The notes below the pieces were generated by a model. That model was given only the letters and a program-made list of their open reading frames with translations. It did no database searches and had not been told where the DNA came from. This document shows, in pieces, positions 24,865 to 37,381 of a stretch of DNA of 64,000 nucleotides. Numbering within the stretch: the stretch's first letter is position 1; every line of letters begins with the position of its first letter. The stretch comes from Ranitomeya imitator. Lineage: Eukaryota. A program made the position numbers and the translations under genes. The stretch covers positions 221,650,001 to 221,714,000 of the forward strand of contig NC_091288.1 in assembly GCF_032444005.1 (NCBI RefSeq), in the 5' to 3' direction.

Positions 24865-25100
24865 AGCCTCATTAGAAACCTTTAGATTGACCAAGAAGTA
24901 ATGGTCTGAAAGGAGCACGGCTACATGGCTTGCTTCAGAGTAGAGCAAGGCGTCAGACAAGCCTGCATTCTGTCACCATTTCTCTTCAATTAATATGCAG
25001 AAGCTAATTTCAGGAAGGCCGGACTTGCTGAAAAAGAAGAAGGAATCAAAATTGCTCGACAAATTATCAGCAGTCATAAAAGCGCAGGTGATACAGCACA
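24865..25100 (+). mobile_element. RTE-clade (BovB-like) LINE reverse-transcriptase relic
   Basis: Translates LIRNL*IDQEVMV*KEHG..FRVEQGVRQACILSPFLFN*YAE..RKAGL.EKEEGIKIARQIISSHKSAGDT, collinear with the RTE/BovB RT core as I recall it. Confidence 0.7.
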
Positions 25101-25120
25101 GGTTACAGATGTGTGAATCA

Positions 25121-26613
25121 TAGTAACATAGTAACATAGTAAGGCCGAAAAAAGCCATTTGTCCATCCAGTTCAGCCTATATTCCATCATAATAAATCCC
25201 CAGATCTACGTCCTTCTACAGAACCTAATAATTGTATGATACAATATTGTTCTGCTCCAGGAAGACATCCAGGCCTCTCTTGAACCCCTCGACTGAGTTC
25301 GCCATCACCACCTCCTCAGGCAAGCAATTCCAGATTCTCACTGCCCTAACAGTAAAGAATCCTCTTCTATGTTGGTGGAAAAACCTTCTCTCCTCCAGAC
25401 GCAAAGAATGCCCCCTTGTGCCCGTCACCTTCCTTGGTATAAACAGATCCCCAGCGAGATATTTGTATTGTCCCCTTATATACTTATACATGGTTATTAG
25501 ATCGCCCCTCAGTCGTCTTTTTTCTAGACTAAATAATCCTAATTTCGCTAATCTATCTGGGTATTGTAGTTCTCCCATCCCCTTTATTAATTTTGTTGCC
25601 CTCCTTTGTACTCTCTCTAGTTCCATTATATCCTTCCTGAGCACCGGTGCCCAAAACTGGACACAGTACTCCATGTGCGGTCTAACTAGGGATTTGTACA
25701 GAGGCAGTATAATGCTCTCATCATGTGTATCCAGACCTCTTTTAATGCACCCCATGATCCTGTTTGCCTTGGCAGCTGCTGCCTGGCACTGGCTGCTCCA
25801 GGTAAGTTTATCATTAACTAGGATCCCCAAGTCCTTCTCCCTGTCAGATTTACCCAGTGGTTTCCCGTTCAGTGTGTAATGGTGATATTGATTCCTTCTT
25901 CCCATGTGTATAACCTTACATTTATCATTGTTAAACCTCATCTGCCACCTTTCAGCCCAAGTTTCCAACTTATCCAGATCCATCTGTAGCAGAATACTAT
26001 CTTCTCTTGTATTAACTGCTTTACATAGTTTTGTATCATCTGCAAACATCGATATTTTACTGTGTAAACCTTCTACCAGATCATTAATGAATATGTTGAA
26101 GAGAACAGGTCCCAATACTGACCCCTGCGGTACCCCACTGGTCACAGCGACCCAGTTAGAGACTATACCATTTATAACCACCCTCTGCTTTCTATCACTA
26201 AGCCAGTTACTAACCCATTTACACACATTTTCCCCCAGACCAAGCATTCTCATTTTGTGTACCAACCTCTTGTGCGGCACGGTATCAAACGCTTTGGAAA
26301 AATCGAGATATACCACGTCCAATGACTCACCGTGGTCCAGTCTATAGCTTACCTCTTCATAAAAACTGATTAGATTGGTTTGACAGGAGCGATTTCTCAT
26401 AAACCCATGCTGATATGGAGTTAAACAGTTATTCTCATTGAGATAATCCAGAATAACATCCCTCAGAAACCCTTCACATATTTTACCAACAATAGAGGTT
26501 AGACTTACTGGCCTATAATTTCCAGGTTCACTTTTAGAGCCCTTTTTGAATGTTGGCACCACATTTGCTATGCGCCAGTCCTGCGGAACAGACCTCGTCG
26601 CTATAGAGTCCCT
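25121..26613 (-). mobile_element. CR1 LINE, 5'-truncated, with an open RT frame (ORF 25225-26622, 465 aa)
   Basis: [28 protein letters not shown] and FADD motifs. (CATAGTAA)n tail. Candidate TSD AATCA at 25116-25120 and 26614-26618. No endonuclease domain. Confidence 0.96.
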
Positions 26614-28267
26614 AATCAACACTAAACATTCATTATTGATTTCCCCTGAAAATCCAGATCCTAATGAACGTAAGTTTTTAGAATATCGATTTGTGCAGAA
26701 GCAAAAAAATCGTGGAAAGATAGCTGCTATTTTGCTGAAATATAATGGCTGGAAAGTGGATGAAAAAACTCCCCACCTGTGACCCTTGACCGCTTCTCCT
26801 TAGTCCTCGCCTACTTCTGGATCTTCAGGCGACGGGCACAATTAATTATGCTCCATTTAATTCCATGATTTGAGACACATGTCAATGAAAAGGAAATATC
26901 CCACATAGGCTCATGGGGCACAATGCATGTCATTAATGTTAACGACAAGCAGGTCATAATCATTGGACGAATCTGCTGTAGAATGATTCCATTGCTATTG
27001 TGGTAGGTCGACTCACTGGGCTTCTTAATGGGATAGACACAGGAACCATTTCTATTTAAAGTCCGGCTGTTTATTGCAGTCCTCATAAACAACGTCACCA
27101 GAAAACATAAATCCAGCCTTTGTCTGGCACAAGGTGAAACAAAAAGAAGCAAGCCAATACAATAGTGCTGGTTAGCCCACATTGGCTAATCAGTTTCTCA
27201 GTCCTTTTAGCAAAGGCGCTCAATCCAGGAGATCTGCAACCTGCACACACCCAACCCTGTGCGAGAGAAACAGCTCTCAAATTGCAAAGTGAAGCACACC
27301 CAGAGGTGGAGATATGGTGAGCAGCCGTCTCTCCCAGCTGCTCACAATCAATCTGTCATGGCCGATTAACCCCTCTCAGTACTTAGTGTGCTGGAGCATT
27401 TTTCTATATGTACTAAAGCATTACTTCAAATTTATCTCCCAACCACTAGGTGTCTGATAGCCACCTTACACTACAGTAACAAGGCACGTTATTTTTACTA
27501 TATCACCCTCCAAGCATCATAAAAACTGATGATATTCACATGGTCATCTTCAGTAACATGACGGAACCTTGGTCATCGACAGCTCCACAATATTCAGCCA
27601 TTTCGACCACTTTCTCTAAAGGAATTTCATAACTATGGGTGGTTAGGAGAATCCATTTGAAGCACAATGAGAAGCATGAACTCTGTATTGCAGGACAATG
27701 GCTTTAGAGAACGTTATGTTCTTTTTATTATTACAATTTCCATTAGCGCATTACTGCCATATTGACTATGCTTATAAAACTTAGTGCACAAATCAGCCAG
27801 TTCGTGTATGCCCACTCGCTACTGCAAAGAGCGGCTTTCTTAGATGGGACCCTGACCTTTCCTTATAACATTCGCCTCTCTTACGTCAAACATCTAAAAA
27901 ACATTTCCCTCTGTTCCTCCCCGTGGAGAGACTCTGCTGCTGGAAATGACATATCAACCAATCGACAAATCTAAAAGGATTTTTAAAGTTGGGGTTTCAT
28001 TAAAAATAAAATGTCACTTCATTTCAGATTCCAATTTGGCAAACCATGAGAACTTTTCAGGGAAAATCAATTTGTATCAAAGTCTTTTGATGCAAATTGA
28101 ATGTTCCTTATTGTGCCATGGGATCTCGCCAGACTCCAGAGCAAAATATATTTAAAAAGTAAAAAAAATAAATCGAGTGCCTTTGTTCTGGGCATCTAGG
28201 TCTATGATGAAAGTGTTGTTACCACGAATGTTGTGACTTTCTGACATTATGACATACATTGGCCATG

Positions 28268-29081
28268 TGTTGTGAATTCTGTTGTCGAGCTCCCTCCTGT
28301 GGTCATGAATGGTACTTCGGCTGGTTCTGTCCATGGACTTCCTCTGGTGGCTGTGGGTGTTTCTGAGTTTCCTTCCACAGGTGACGAGGCTAAGTCGTTA
28401 GTGGGCTGCTCTATTTAACTACACTTAGATCTTTGCCCCATGCCAGCTGTCAATGTTGTACTATTGGTCTAGTTCGCTCCTGGATTGTTCTGGTTACCTA
28501 TTTACTCCAGCAGATGCTAAGTTCCTCTTGCTATTTTCTTGTTTGCTATTTTTTTCTGTTCAGCTTGCTATTGTGAATATTGCCTTGCTTGCTGGAAGCT
28601 CTGGGACGCAGAGGGGCGCCTCCGCACCGTGAGTCGGTACGGAAGGTTTTTTTTCCCTGCACTCTCTGCGTGGCTTTTTGTAGGTTTTTGTGCTGACCGC
28701 AAAGTTACCTTTCCTATCCTCTGTCTGTTCAGTAAGTCGGGCCTCTCTTTGCTAAATCTATTTCATCTCTGTGTTTGTGATTTCATCTTACTCACAGTCA
28801 ATATATGTGGGGGCTGCCTTTTCCTTTGGGGAATTTCTCTGAGGCAAGGTAGGCTTTATTTTCCTATCTTTAGGGCTAGCTAGTTCTGAGGCTGTGACGA
28901 GTTGCACAGGGAGCGTTAGGAGCAATCCACGGCTATTTCTAGTGTGTGTGATAGGATTAGGGATTGCGGTCAGCAGAGTTTCCACTTCCCAGAGCTTGTC
29001 CTGTGTTTTTGTAGCTATCAGGTCTTTCCGGGTGCTCTTGACCATCAGGTTCATTCTTGTCCTAACCACCAGGTCATAACA
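28268..29081. mobile_element. Solo LTR
   Basis: TGTTGTGA...TCATAACA termini. 6-bp direct repeat GCCATG at 28262-28267 and 29082-29087. Confidence 0.8.
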
Positions 29082-30762
29082 GCCATGGTCCGGTCTTACC
29101 ATGCATACGCACGTTTGGACATCAGGACGTGCGCCGTGGCTCAGCCTGTCAGAGGTCTGTTTGGCACAGAAGGTTTCATGCAATTGTTTTTTACCAATTG
29201 AAAAACTTGCTGGTTCAGCATTCAAACACGTTGTGGAAATAAAAAACATTTAACTCATCTTGCCGGGATCCTACTTTATCTACTGCTGTTTCTCCATGAT
29301 CACCACTGCGGAAAAACGTAGTGCCGACTCACGTTCTTTTCTCTATTGATATTGTGTTATCGTCCAAATTGGTCAATCTTTTCATATAGGTGCAGAAATT
29401 TGCGTCTAACTACGAGGCAGATGCTCTCAGAAAATAAGTCCAGTTTATCTCTTTCATTATGGTCATAATGGGATGAATGTGAATTGGGGTTTATATGTCT
29501 TCAGCTACAATGAGACAATATATCTGATGTAGCTCACAAATGAATTACGCAGATTCTCATCTGATCCTACATTATGGTGCGACTCTCCGAATCTACACTC
29601 AATAGAGGACTGTGGCGGAGGCACAACTGAAGCTTTATGTTAATAGTCACGGAAAATGATTGGCATGTCCGATATCTAAGGAGAAGGCCGATAACCAAAG
29701 AAAAAAGGTAAGTCTTTCAACTTGGGAAATAAGAGTCAACGATGGAGATGAAAGAGAACAAACTATATTTGAGATCTAAAAGAACAAGTGATCGATTTCT
29801 CATGTATATTTAGTGGCCGGGTTCCTTATATTCAGTCATTTGATCCAGCTCCATTGATGCAGATAATGATTCCCACCAGTGTCAGTCATTGACTTGATCC
29901 ACCGAGAGACCACATGAACTCCTCCATGGTCATGCCCACGCTCTCCACGAAGTACACTCATGTATATTCATGTCCGGAAGTCCTCATATTATCATAACAA
30001 TGGATTTATCAAAGTGTCTTTAGTAATATTTAGCATTATTTATAAAAAAAAAATGTTAAACACTGCTTTATTAGATTATTGGATTGTTTATTTCAGAATT
30101 ATGTGTATGTAAATTTAATCGATGAGTAAATTTGCCAAAATTAGAATTTGCCCTTTTGCTCGAATTTGGCCAAGAAATTCAATTGTATAAATCTTATTGC
30201 TACAAATCAAATGTTCCTTCTTATGTTCTGAGGTCACTGCAGATTCTGCAGAATAATAAAATGATTTTTTTTTAAAAAGAGAGAAAAACAAATTCTATTC
30301 ACACTTCCCTTACCTAATTTCTTACAGTTTTCTGGAACCATCTTCAATGGGTCATCATCAATGGTTTACGATACCTTTCATATTTAACACCTTCTGCATT
30401 CAAAGTAAATTGTGACATCACGGACAGGACAAAGCAAACATTTCAAACACTACAAAAATGCTAAGAATGGAGCAGTGAAGATCCCACTGGTGATTAAACT
30501 GAAGACGATACGTGAGTGCCAGTTAAGTATTAATTTTTTAACCCCTTTATATCACTTTTCAATCCAGCAAAATAGCAGAAGCGCACCATTTTTAAGGATT
30601 TGCTCAAATAAATCAAAAGGGCAAATACAAATATTCGATAAAATTAAAAGTGAGTTACTCATCTCTACCAGAGAAACAAAATAACAAATATTAATGTGAT
30701 TCAGATTTTTCTTTTCTTCAGTCACTTTGCATTTGGTTTATTTATTGCAAACTATTAATTAA

Positions 30763-31275
30763 AGGGAACCTGTCACCTCAAATTGGCGGGGTATGTAAAT
30801 GCCTTTTTTCCGATCCGATGGGCGGCGTTTCGTCTTCATTTCTCCACCAGGTCCGTCCCTTTTTTCCGCAATATGTTCGAGAATTAGAGTACTTGTCCTC
30901 CTTAGTTCGCGCATGCGCAATGCAATGTTCGCTCGCGCGCGCACGCGCAGTATGCTTTGCTCAACTGCGGGCAAAGCAAAAAGCACTATGTGCACTATGT
31001 CCCAGAACACAGCAAAATACTTCTGGAACATAGTGCACGGGCGCATGCGCAGTAATGCTTTTCATCTTTGCCCGCAATTGGGCAAAACATACTGCACGTG
31101 CGCGAGAGAAGATTACATTGTGCACGCGCGAACTATGGAGGACAAGTACTCTAATTCTCGAACATATTGCGGACAACAGGGACGGATGGGGTGGAGAAAT
31201 GAAGACGAAACCCCGCCCATCGGTCCGGAAAAAAGGCATTTACATATCCCGCCAATTTGAAGTGACAGGTTCCCT
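30763..31275. mobile_element. T2/Kolobok-type palindromic MITE
   Basis: AGGGAACCTGTCAC...GTGACAGGTTCCCT. TTAA TSD at 30759-30762 and 31276-31279. Whole element is an imperfect hairpin. Confidence 0.92.
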
Positions 31276-31351
31276 TTAACACTTGTACTTTTGAAATAAT
31301 TTTTACTTTTGCCCAATACTGTAAAAATATATAATGTGGTTGACAGACATA

Positions 31352-32956
31352 CAGTGGGGCAAAAAAGTATTTAGTCAGTCTGCAATAGTGCAAGTTCCAC
31401 CACTTAAAAAGATGAGAGGCGTCTGTAATTTACATCATAGGTAGACCTCAACTATGGGAGACAAACTGAGAAAAAAAAATCCAGAAAATCACATTGTCTG
31501 TTTTTTTTACATTTTATTTGCATATTATGGTGGAAAATAAGTATTTGGTCAGAAACAATATTTCATCTCAATACTTTGTAATATATCCTTTGTTGGCAAT
31601 GACAGAGGTCAAACGTTTTCTGTAAGTCTTCACAAGGTTGCCACACACTGTTGTTGGTATGTTGGCCCATTCCTCCATGCAGATCTCCTCTAGAGCAGTG
31701 ATGTTTTTGGCTTTTCGCTTGGCAACACGGACTTTCAACTCCCTCCAAAGGTTTTCTATAGGGTTGAGATCTGGAGACTGGCTAGGCCACTCCAGGACCT
31801 TGAAATGCTTCTTACGAAGCCACTCCTTCGTTGCCCTGGCGGTGTGCTTTGGATCATTGTCATGTTGAAAGACCCAGCCACGTTTCATCTTCAATGCCCT
31901 TGCTGATGGAAGGAGGATTGCACTCAAAATCTCACGATACATGGTCCCATTCATTCTTTCATGTACCCGGATCAGTTGTCCTGGCCCCTTTGCAGAGAAA
32001 CAGCCCCAAAGCATGATGTTTCCACCACCATGCTTTACAGTAGGTATGGTGTTTGATGGATGCAACTCAGTATTCTTTTTCCTCCAAACACGACAAGTTG
32101 TGTTTCTACCAAACAGTTCCAGTTTGGTTTCATCAGACCATAGGACATTCTCCCAAAACTCCTCTGGATCATCCAAATGCTCTCTAGCAAACTTCAGACG
32201 GGCCCGGACATGTACTGGCTTAAGCTGTGGGACACGTCTGGCACTGCAGGATCTGAGTCCATGGTGGCGTAGTGTGTTACTTATGGTAGGCCTTGTTACA
32301 TTGGTCCCAGCTCTCTGCAGTTCATTCACTAGGTCCCCCCGCGTGGTTCTGGGATTTTTGCTCACCGTTCTTGTGATCATTCTGACCCCACGGGGTGGGA
32401 TTTTGCGTGGAGCCCCAGACCGAGGGAGATTATCAGTGGTCTTGTATGTCTTCCATTTTCTAATTATTGCTCCCACTGTTGATTTCTTCACTCCAAGCTG
32501 GTTGGCTATTGCAGATTCAGTCTTCCCAGCCTGGTGCAGGGCTACAATTTTGTTTCTGGTGTCCTTTGACAGCTCTTTGGTCTTCACCATAGTGGAGTTT
32601 GGAGTCAGACTGTTTGAGGGTGTGCACAGGTGTCTTTTTATACTGATAACAAGTTTAAACAGGTGCCATTACTACAGGTAATGAGTGGAGGAAAGAGGAG
32701 ACTCTTAAAGAAGAAGTTACAGGTCTGTGAGAGCCAGAAATCTTGATTGTTTGTTTCTGACCAAATACTTATTTTCCACCATAATATGCAAAAAAAATGA
32801 TAAAAAAACAGACAATGTGATTTTCTGGATTTTTTTTCTCAGTTTGTCTCCCATAGTTGAGGTCTACCTATGATGTAAATTACAGACGCCTCTCATCTTT
32901 TTAAGTGGTGGAACTTGCACTATTGCTGACTGACTAAATACTTTTTTGCACCACTG
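31352..32956 (-). mobile_element. Full-length Tc1 transposon (IR/DR type)
   Basis: TA TSD at 31350-31351 and 32957-32958. ~205-bp TIRs with outer and inner AAGTATTT(A/G)GTCAG repeats. Intact transposase inside. Confidence 0.97.
31568..32590 (-). CDS. Tc1 transposase, 340 aa, DD34E
   Basis: Paired-like N-terminus. WSDETK, QHDND and PDLNPIE motifs with 34 residues between the second D and E. No stops or frameshifts. Confidence 0.97.
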   Translation of the reverse strand: MVKTKELSKDTRNKIVALHQAGKTESAIANQLGVKKSTVGAIIRKWKTYKTTDNLPRSGAPRKIPPRGVRMITRTVSKNPRTTRGDLVNELQRAGTNVTRPTISNTLRHHGLRSCSARRVPQLKPVHVRARLKFAREHLDDPEEFWENVLWSDETKLELFGRNTTCRVWRKKNTELHPSNTIPTVKHGGGNIMLWGCFSAKGPGQLIRVHERMNGTMYREILSAILLPSARALKMKRGWVFQHDNDPKHTARATKEWLRKKHFKVLEWPSQSPDLNPIENLWRELKVRVAKRKAKNITALEEICMEEWANIPTTVCGNLVKTYRKRLTSVIANKGYITKY

Positions 32957-33385
32957 TACATGTAAAAATGAAATCTCCACGTTAGTGAGACAGATGAAAA
33001 ACAAAAACATAGATAGAGTGAAAAGATTTGATCATATAATAAAGATATAATAAACATAAATCAAAAGTTTAATTAGTACAAAGATAAAGTGTGCACTATT
33101 CATTTGTCTAAATTATCCCCCACATTACATGGTTCTGAAATAATCATTATGACAACCATCGCAGAAAATGATCGCTGCTCTCAAATCTCATCACCTGGTC
33201 ACCCGAAACACTTTTATGCTCTCGCCTATTATAAAGTGGCTGACAACCCAAATCAGACAATATATTGCTCAGGTTCCCTTACTATTACAAGTTGAAAACA
33301 TTAATAAAGAAAATTGCTAATTTTTATTAAGTTATAATCTAAAAAGTTATTAGACCCTTCAGGATTATTGCATCGCCTCCATATG

Positions 33386-34297
33386 TTAAGTCCCAACCTC
33401 TCGGTTACTACTCGCCCTAAAAAAAAACTTCCTTACAAGAGTCTTCCTAAGCTTGACGTTGCTTTGGATGATGATGATGGCTTCTGATATTAGGAAGGAC
33501 AAAATAACAAACCAGAAGATTATTGTCTCAACACTGAAGGTCCCGGGTGGGACAGTGAAGTAAAAATAGAGCGTAACATTGTAGATTACAGAACTGAGGA
33601 GAAACAGGATCATGGTTCTGGTGGCATTAATCTGGGTTTGCAATTTAACATGAGTATCATTCTTCTTCATTCTCCACATGTGATTTATAAGAGACCATGA
33701 TGTCAACGTGGTGGAGATGAAAGCTATAGAAAAGGGTATGATGGAGCTCAGGGTGGTAGAAATGATTCTGTATGTTGTATGTGGATGGAGTGTTCCTTGG
33801 GAAAATGTGGATTGACGTGTGCTGTTCCCGGCAGATTTTGTGCCAGTAAGCCAAAATACCGGAGAACATATAGCAACTGAGCCAAGTCCTGATACCAGAA
33901 GGATGCGGAGAAGGTAAGACGAGAGGCTCCTCTTCAACCAAGCAAAGCCGCGGTGACCCCATGTGATGATGTTGGTGCAGTAGTAGACACAGAGAAGGGC
34001 CGTCAGCCAAGAATTATAGGCAACTACGAACAAGTCACTAAACATAAAAAAGAAAAAAACTCCCTTTGTATAAAACAGAAATGGCCAAAAAAATATGACA
34101 TTTTGTAAAAGCATCACTAGTAGCGTAGAGACATTAACCATAGCCTTGGTTAAGTGAATGATATCCGATGGGCCCAGAGAGAGGCCATTTTTCAGGTTTC
34201 CTTTGTAAATGAGCAGGATGTACAGGTTTAAGGCTATGCCCACCACATATTGAAGGATTTCAGCAGCAGTCACACCGATCAGGACTGCAGACGCCAT
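33386..34297 (-). CDS. TAS2R: TAS2R-like receptor, subfamily A (copy A2), 303 aa, intact
   Basis: ATG (MASAV) at 34297. Motifs LGPSDII, NSWLTALLCVYYC, GNST, SLINHMWR, INATRTM, IQSNVKL. Confidence 0.92.
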   Translation of the reverse strand: MASAVLIGVTAAEILQYVVGIALNLYILLIYKGNLKNGLSLGPSDIIHLTKAMVNVSTLLVMLLQNVIFFWPFLFYTKGVFFFFMFSDLFVVAYNSWLTALLCVYYCTNIITWGHRGFAWLKRSLSSYLLRILLVSGLGSVAICSPVFWLTGTKSAGNSTRQSTFSQGTLHPHTTYRIISTTLSSIIPFSIAFISTTLTSWSLINHMWRMKKNDTHVKLQTQINATRTMILFLLSSVIYNVTLYFYFTVPPGTFSVETIIFWFVILSFLISEAIIIIQSNVKLRKTLVRKFFFRASSNREVGT

Positions 34298-34353
34298 CGC
34301 ACCGAAAGTTCTGTGTCCTATCAAAGCGAGCAGCCAATTATAAGACTAGAGAG

Positions 34354-34361
34354 ATGCAAAT
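34354..34361. promoter_or_regulatory. POU octamer upstream of copy A2
   Basis: ATGCAAAT 57-64 bp upstream of the ATG at 34297. Confidence 0.55.
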
Positions 34362-34739
34362 ATCCTTGGAGTTTTAGTTACTCATTTTCATAACTCCATC
34401 ACACAATCAAACAAGATCTGTGACTGAGATTACAAGGACTAAACATCTAACATAAATTATGTGCTCACTGCTTCAGACATTATTCATGTCAGTTTCTCTG
34501 GATAATGATAAACCTCAATACCAGAACTCAGACAATCACTTCTAAACGGCTATGTTTCCCACTCATTAAATAATAAGTGACCTCCGATGTCAGCGCCTTT
34601 CCTCTGGTGTTAGCAATGGCTCTCGGGGATTGTGTGACATTGTTAAGGCATGAGTTCCCTTCAGCATTGGCTTCACTCTTCCCTTCTTCAGGCAAATCTC
34701 ATACATCCAGAGAAAGTGAGAGACCAGCATGGCATGGAA

Positions 34740-35111
34740 TATTTCTGCCTCATTTTCTGTAGATGTCTTAAAAGCGAAGAGTTCGTCAACGTGATAGAGA
34801 CCATGATAAGTAGAAATGGCACGCAACATCCTACAAATGACGCAGATTGTATGTGAAAAGGCTGAAGATGGAAAGACCCACTGATAAATTTTGGATCAAG
34901 GCTGCTATTCAGAGGGTATTGTAGAGTGACCTCCACAGTTGCTGTCCAGATGGTGGGAAGACTAATGAAGAAACTGCCGGCTGCTGACAGAAGAAGAAGA
35001 CGTGGTAGATACATTGAGATGTTCCTCTTTGACCAGACGAAGAATGGATGACTGAAGGTAGAGATGGTGACACAGTAATAGATGCAGAGCCAGGCAGTGA
35101 GCCAGAAGGTG
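34740..35111 (-). pseudogene. TAS2R: Internal fragment (TM3-TM5) of a subfamily-B TAS2R
   Basis: FWLTAWLCIYYC...MYLPRLLLLSAAG...GCCVPFLL...SSLLRHL, closely matching the 49236 and 53492 genes. Both ends are missing. Confidence 0.88.
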
Positions 35112-35140
35112 TTGGCTGCTGCTAGAAGAAGAAGACCTAG

Positions 35141-35260
35141 TACACTCCCTGACAGAAATTATGTCATTTATCCATGTTATGTAAATAAAAGCTTATAACC
35201 TGACGTTACATTCATCCATTCGTTGTATAAATTATTATTTTGAAAGCTGAAACCCTCATC
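35141..35260. mobile_element. Probable Tc1-type terminal fragment
   Basis: Begins TA-CACTCCCTGACAGAA, resembling a Tc1 TIR from recollection. No partner end seen. Confidence 0.35.
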
Positions 35261-35368
35261 TAGTTTAGGTTCTGTGCAATCTTTCTTGGCTGGCTATTAG
35301 TAGGCCATTGATATTATTTCTGATGACAATGTTGTGTTCCCAGGTTAGTACTTTTTCTACTTTCTCGA

Positions 35369-35742
35369 ATAGTAACATGGTAACATAGTAACATAGTTAG
35401 TGAGGCCGAAAAAAGACATTTGTCCATCCAGTTCAGCCTATATTCCATCATAATAAATCCCCAGATCTACGTCCTTCTACAGAACCTAATAATTGTATGA
35501 TACAATATTGTTCTGCTCCAGGAAGACATCCAGGCCTCTCTTGAACCCCTCGACTGAGTTTGCCATCACCACCTCCTCAGGCAAGCAATTCCAGATTCTC
35601 ACTGCCCTAACAGTAAAGAATCATCTTCTATGTTGGTGGAAAAACCTTCTCTCCTCCAGACGCAAAGAATGCCCCCTTGTGCCCGTCACCTTCCTTGGTA
35701 TAAACAGATCCTCAGCGAGATATTTGTATTGTCCCCTTATAT
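35369..35742 (-). mobile_element. CR1 LINE 3' fragment
   Basis: Near-identical to 25121-25485, including the (CATAGTAA)n tail. Confidence 0.95.
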
Positions 35743-36827
35743 ATTTACAATTTGTGTAAATATATATCATCCTGGTCGTGCACTGCAGCCATCTAGTACA
35801 GTTTTTGTTGTTTCAAAAATATATGGATAACCTAAAAAAGTTTCAATACAATAATTGTAGAAAAGTGACTAGAGGTGAACGGTTTTGTCAAGGTTTGAAT
35901 TTGGCAAATCATGGAAATCTTTCAGCGAAATTCAATTTTCAAAGTTATGTAATGTCTTTGAATGTTGCTTTTTATGCCATGTGGTCTCTCCAGACTCCAC
36001 AGCAAAATAAAGGTGGAATGTAAAAAAAAATGTATGCTCACCTGTCCTTCTGCCCACACAGCTTTCCCTTTCTTCTTCGACGCCTCTTCTTTTCTCCTTC
36101 TAGGTCCATTGTCTTTAGCGCCTTTATTGTGGGCCATGATTTCCAGTCAACAAGGCCTATGACAAAGATGTAATTTGTGGCTTGCGTCATGATGACTTCA
36201 TGATATTATAGCGTGCCCATGCCCAAGACCTAGTCATGCCTTTGTGAAGGTATATCATGACGTCACAACGTTCACCACAACGGAACAGCATGTTGGGATG
36301 ACAGAGGTTTAACTGGACCAGAGTAAAAATAGGCGAGCAAAACAAAGCAAAAAGATGCAAATAATGGGATGACATTCGGGGTGGTTGGTGACTATTTTGA
36401 GTATTCTTTATTTAGTTTTTTGTCCTAATTTTAACCTTTTGTAAGCCCTCCACATTTCAGCAAAAAATCTGTATTTTAAAAAAGTAATATTTTTTTTAAA
36501 TTCAAAGAGAATTCTACCCAAATAAATTTGCTCACACATTATGAAAATATGTGATGATAGAGAAGCTTCTATGCTTCGAGGACCGGCTTTCACATTGCCT
36601 CTCAGCCCCACTTCTTCTCGCCGCCTTGGGCCCACAACCCACAGCTCTATTTCTGGCTTAGGTCAGACTTACCACAGATGGTTCCCTTTGTCACTTTAAC
36701 TCCTCCAGTGTTAAGGGTCTTATGTTTTGGCCACTTTTCCTGTACAATTTCTTTCTGGGCTTGCTACCTCTGCAATCCTCCGGTCAGACACACCAGTAAT
36801 GTGAGACTGGTAGTTCTTCTCTCAGAA

Positions 36828-37381
36828 CTCCTCACTACCTGCTGACTCCCTGTAACCAGGAAGTGACTGCCTTTCTCCCAGAGACTGAACTCCTCACTAC
36901 CTGCTGACTCCCTGTAACCAGGAAGAGACTGCCTTTCTCCCAGAGACTGAACTCCTCACTACCTGCTGACTCCCTGTAACCAGGAAGTGACTGCCTTTCT
37001 CCCAGAGACTGAACTCCTCACTACCTGCTGACTCCCTGTAACCAGGAAGTGACTGCCTTTCTCCCAGAGACTGAACTACTCACTACCTGCTGACTCCCTG
37101 TAACCAGGAAGAGACTGCCTTTCTCCCAGAGACTGAACTCCTCACTACCTGCTGACTCCCTGTAACCAGGAAGTGACTGCCTTTCTCCCAGAGACTGAAC
37201 TCCTCACTACCTGCTGACTCCCTGTAACCAGGAAGTGACTGCCTTTCTCCCAGAGACTGAACTACTCACTACCTGCTGACTCCCTATAACCAGGAAGTGA
37301 CTGCCTTTCTCCCAGAGACTGAACTACTCACTACCTGCTGACTCCCTGTAACCAGGAAGAGACTGCCTTTCTCCCAGAGAC
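36828..37381. repeat. 62-bp minisatellite, ~9 highly homogeneous units
   Basis: Unit CTCCTCACTACCTGCTGACTCCCTGTAACCAGGAAGTGACTGCCTTTCTCCCAGAGACTGAA, period 62 (36828, 36890). Confidence 0.97.

Noticed and set aside
25232-26347. Plus-strand ORFs of 215 and 147 aa; likewise 31941-32681
   Set aside because: Antisense shadows of the CR1 RT and the Tc1 transposase.
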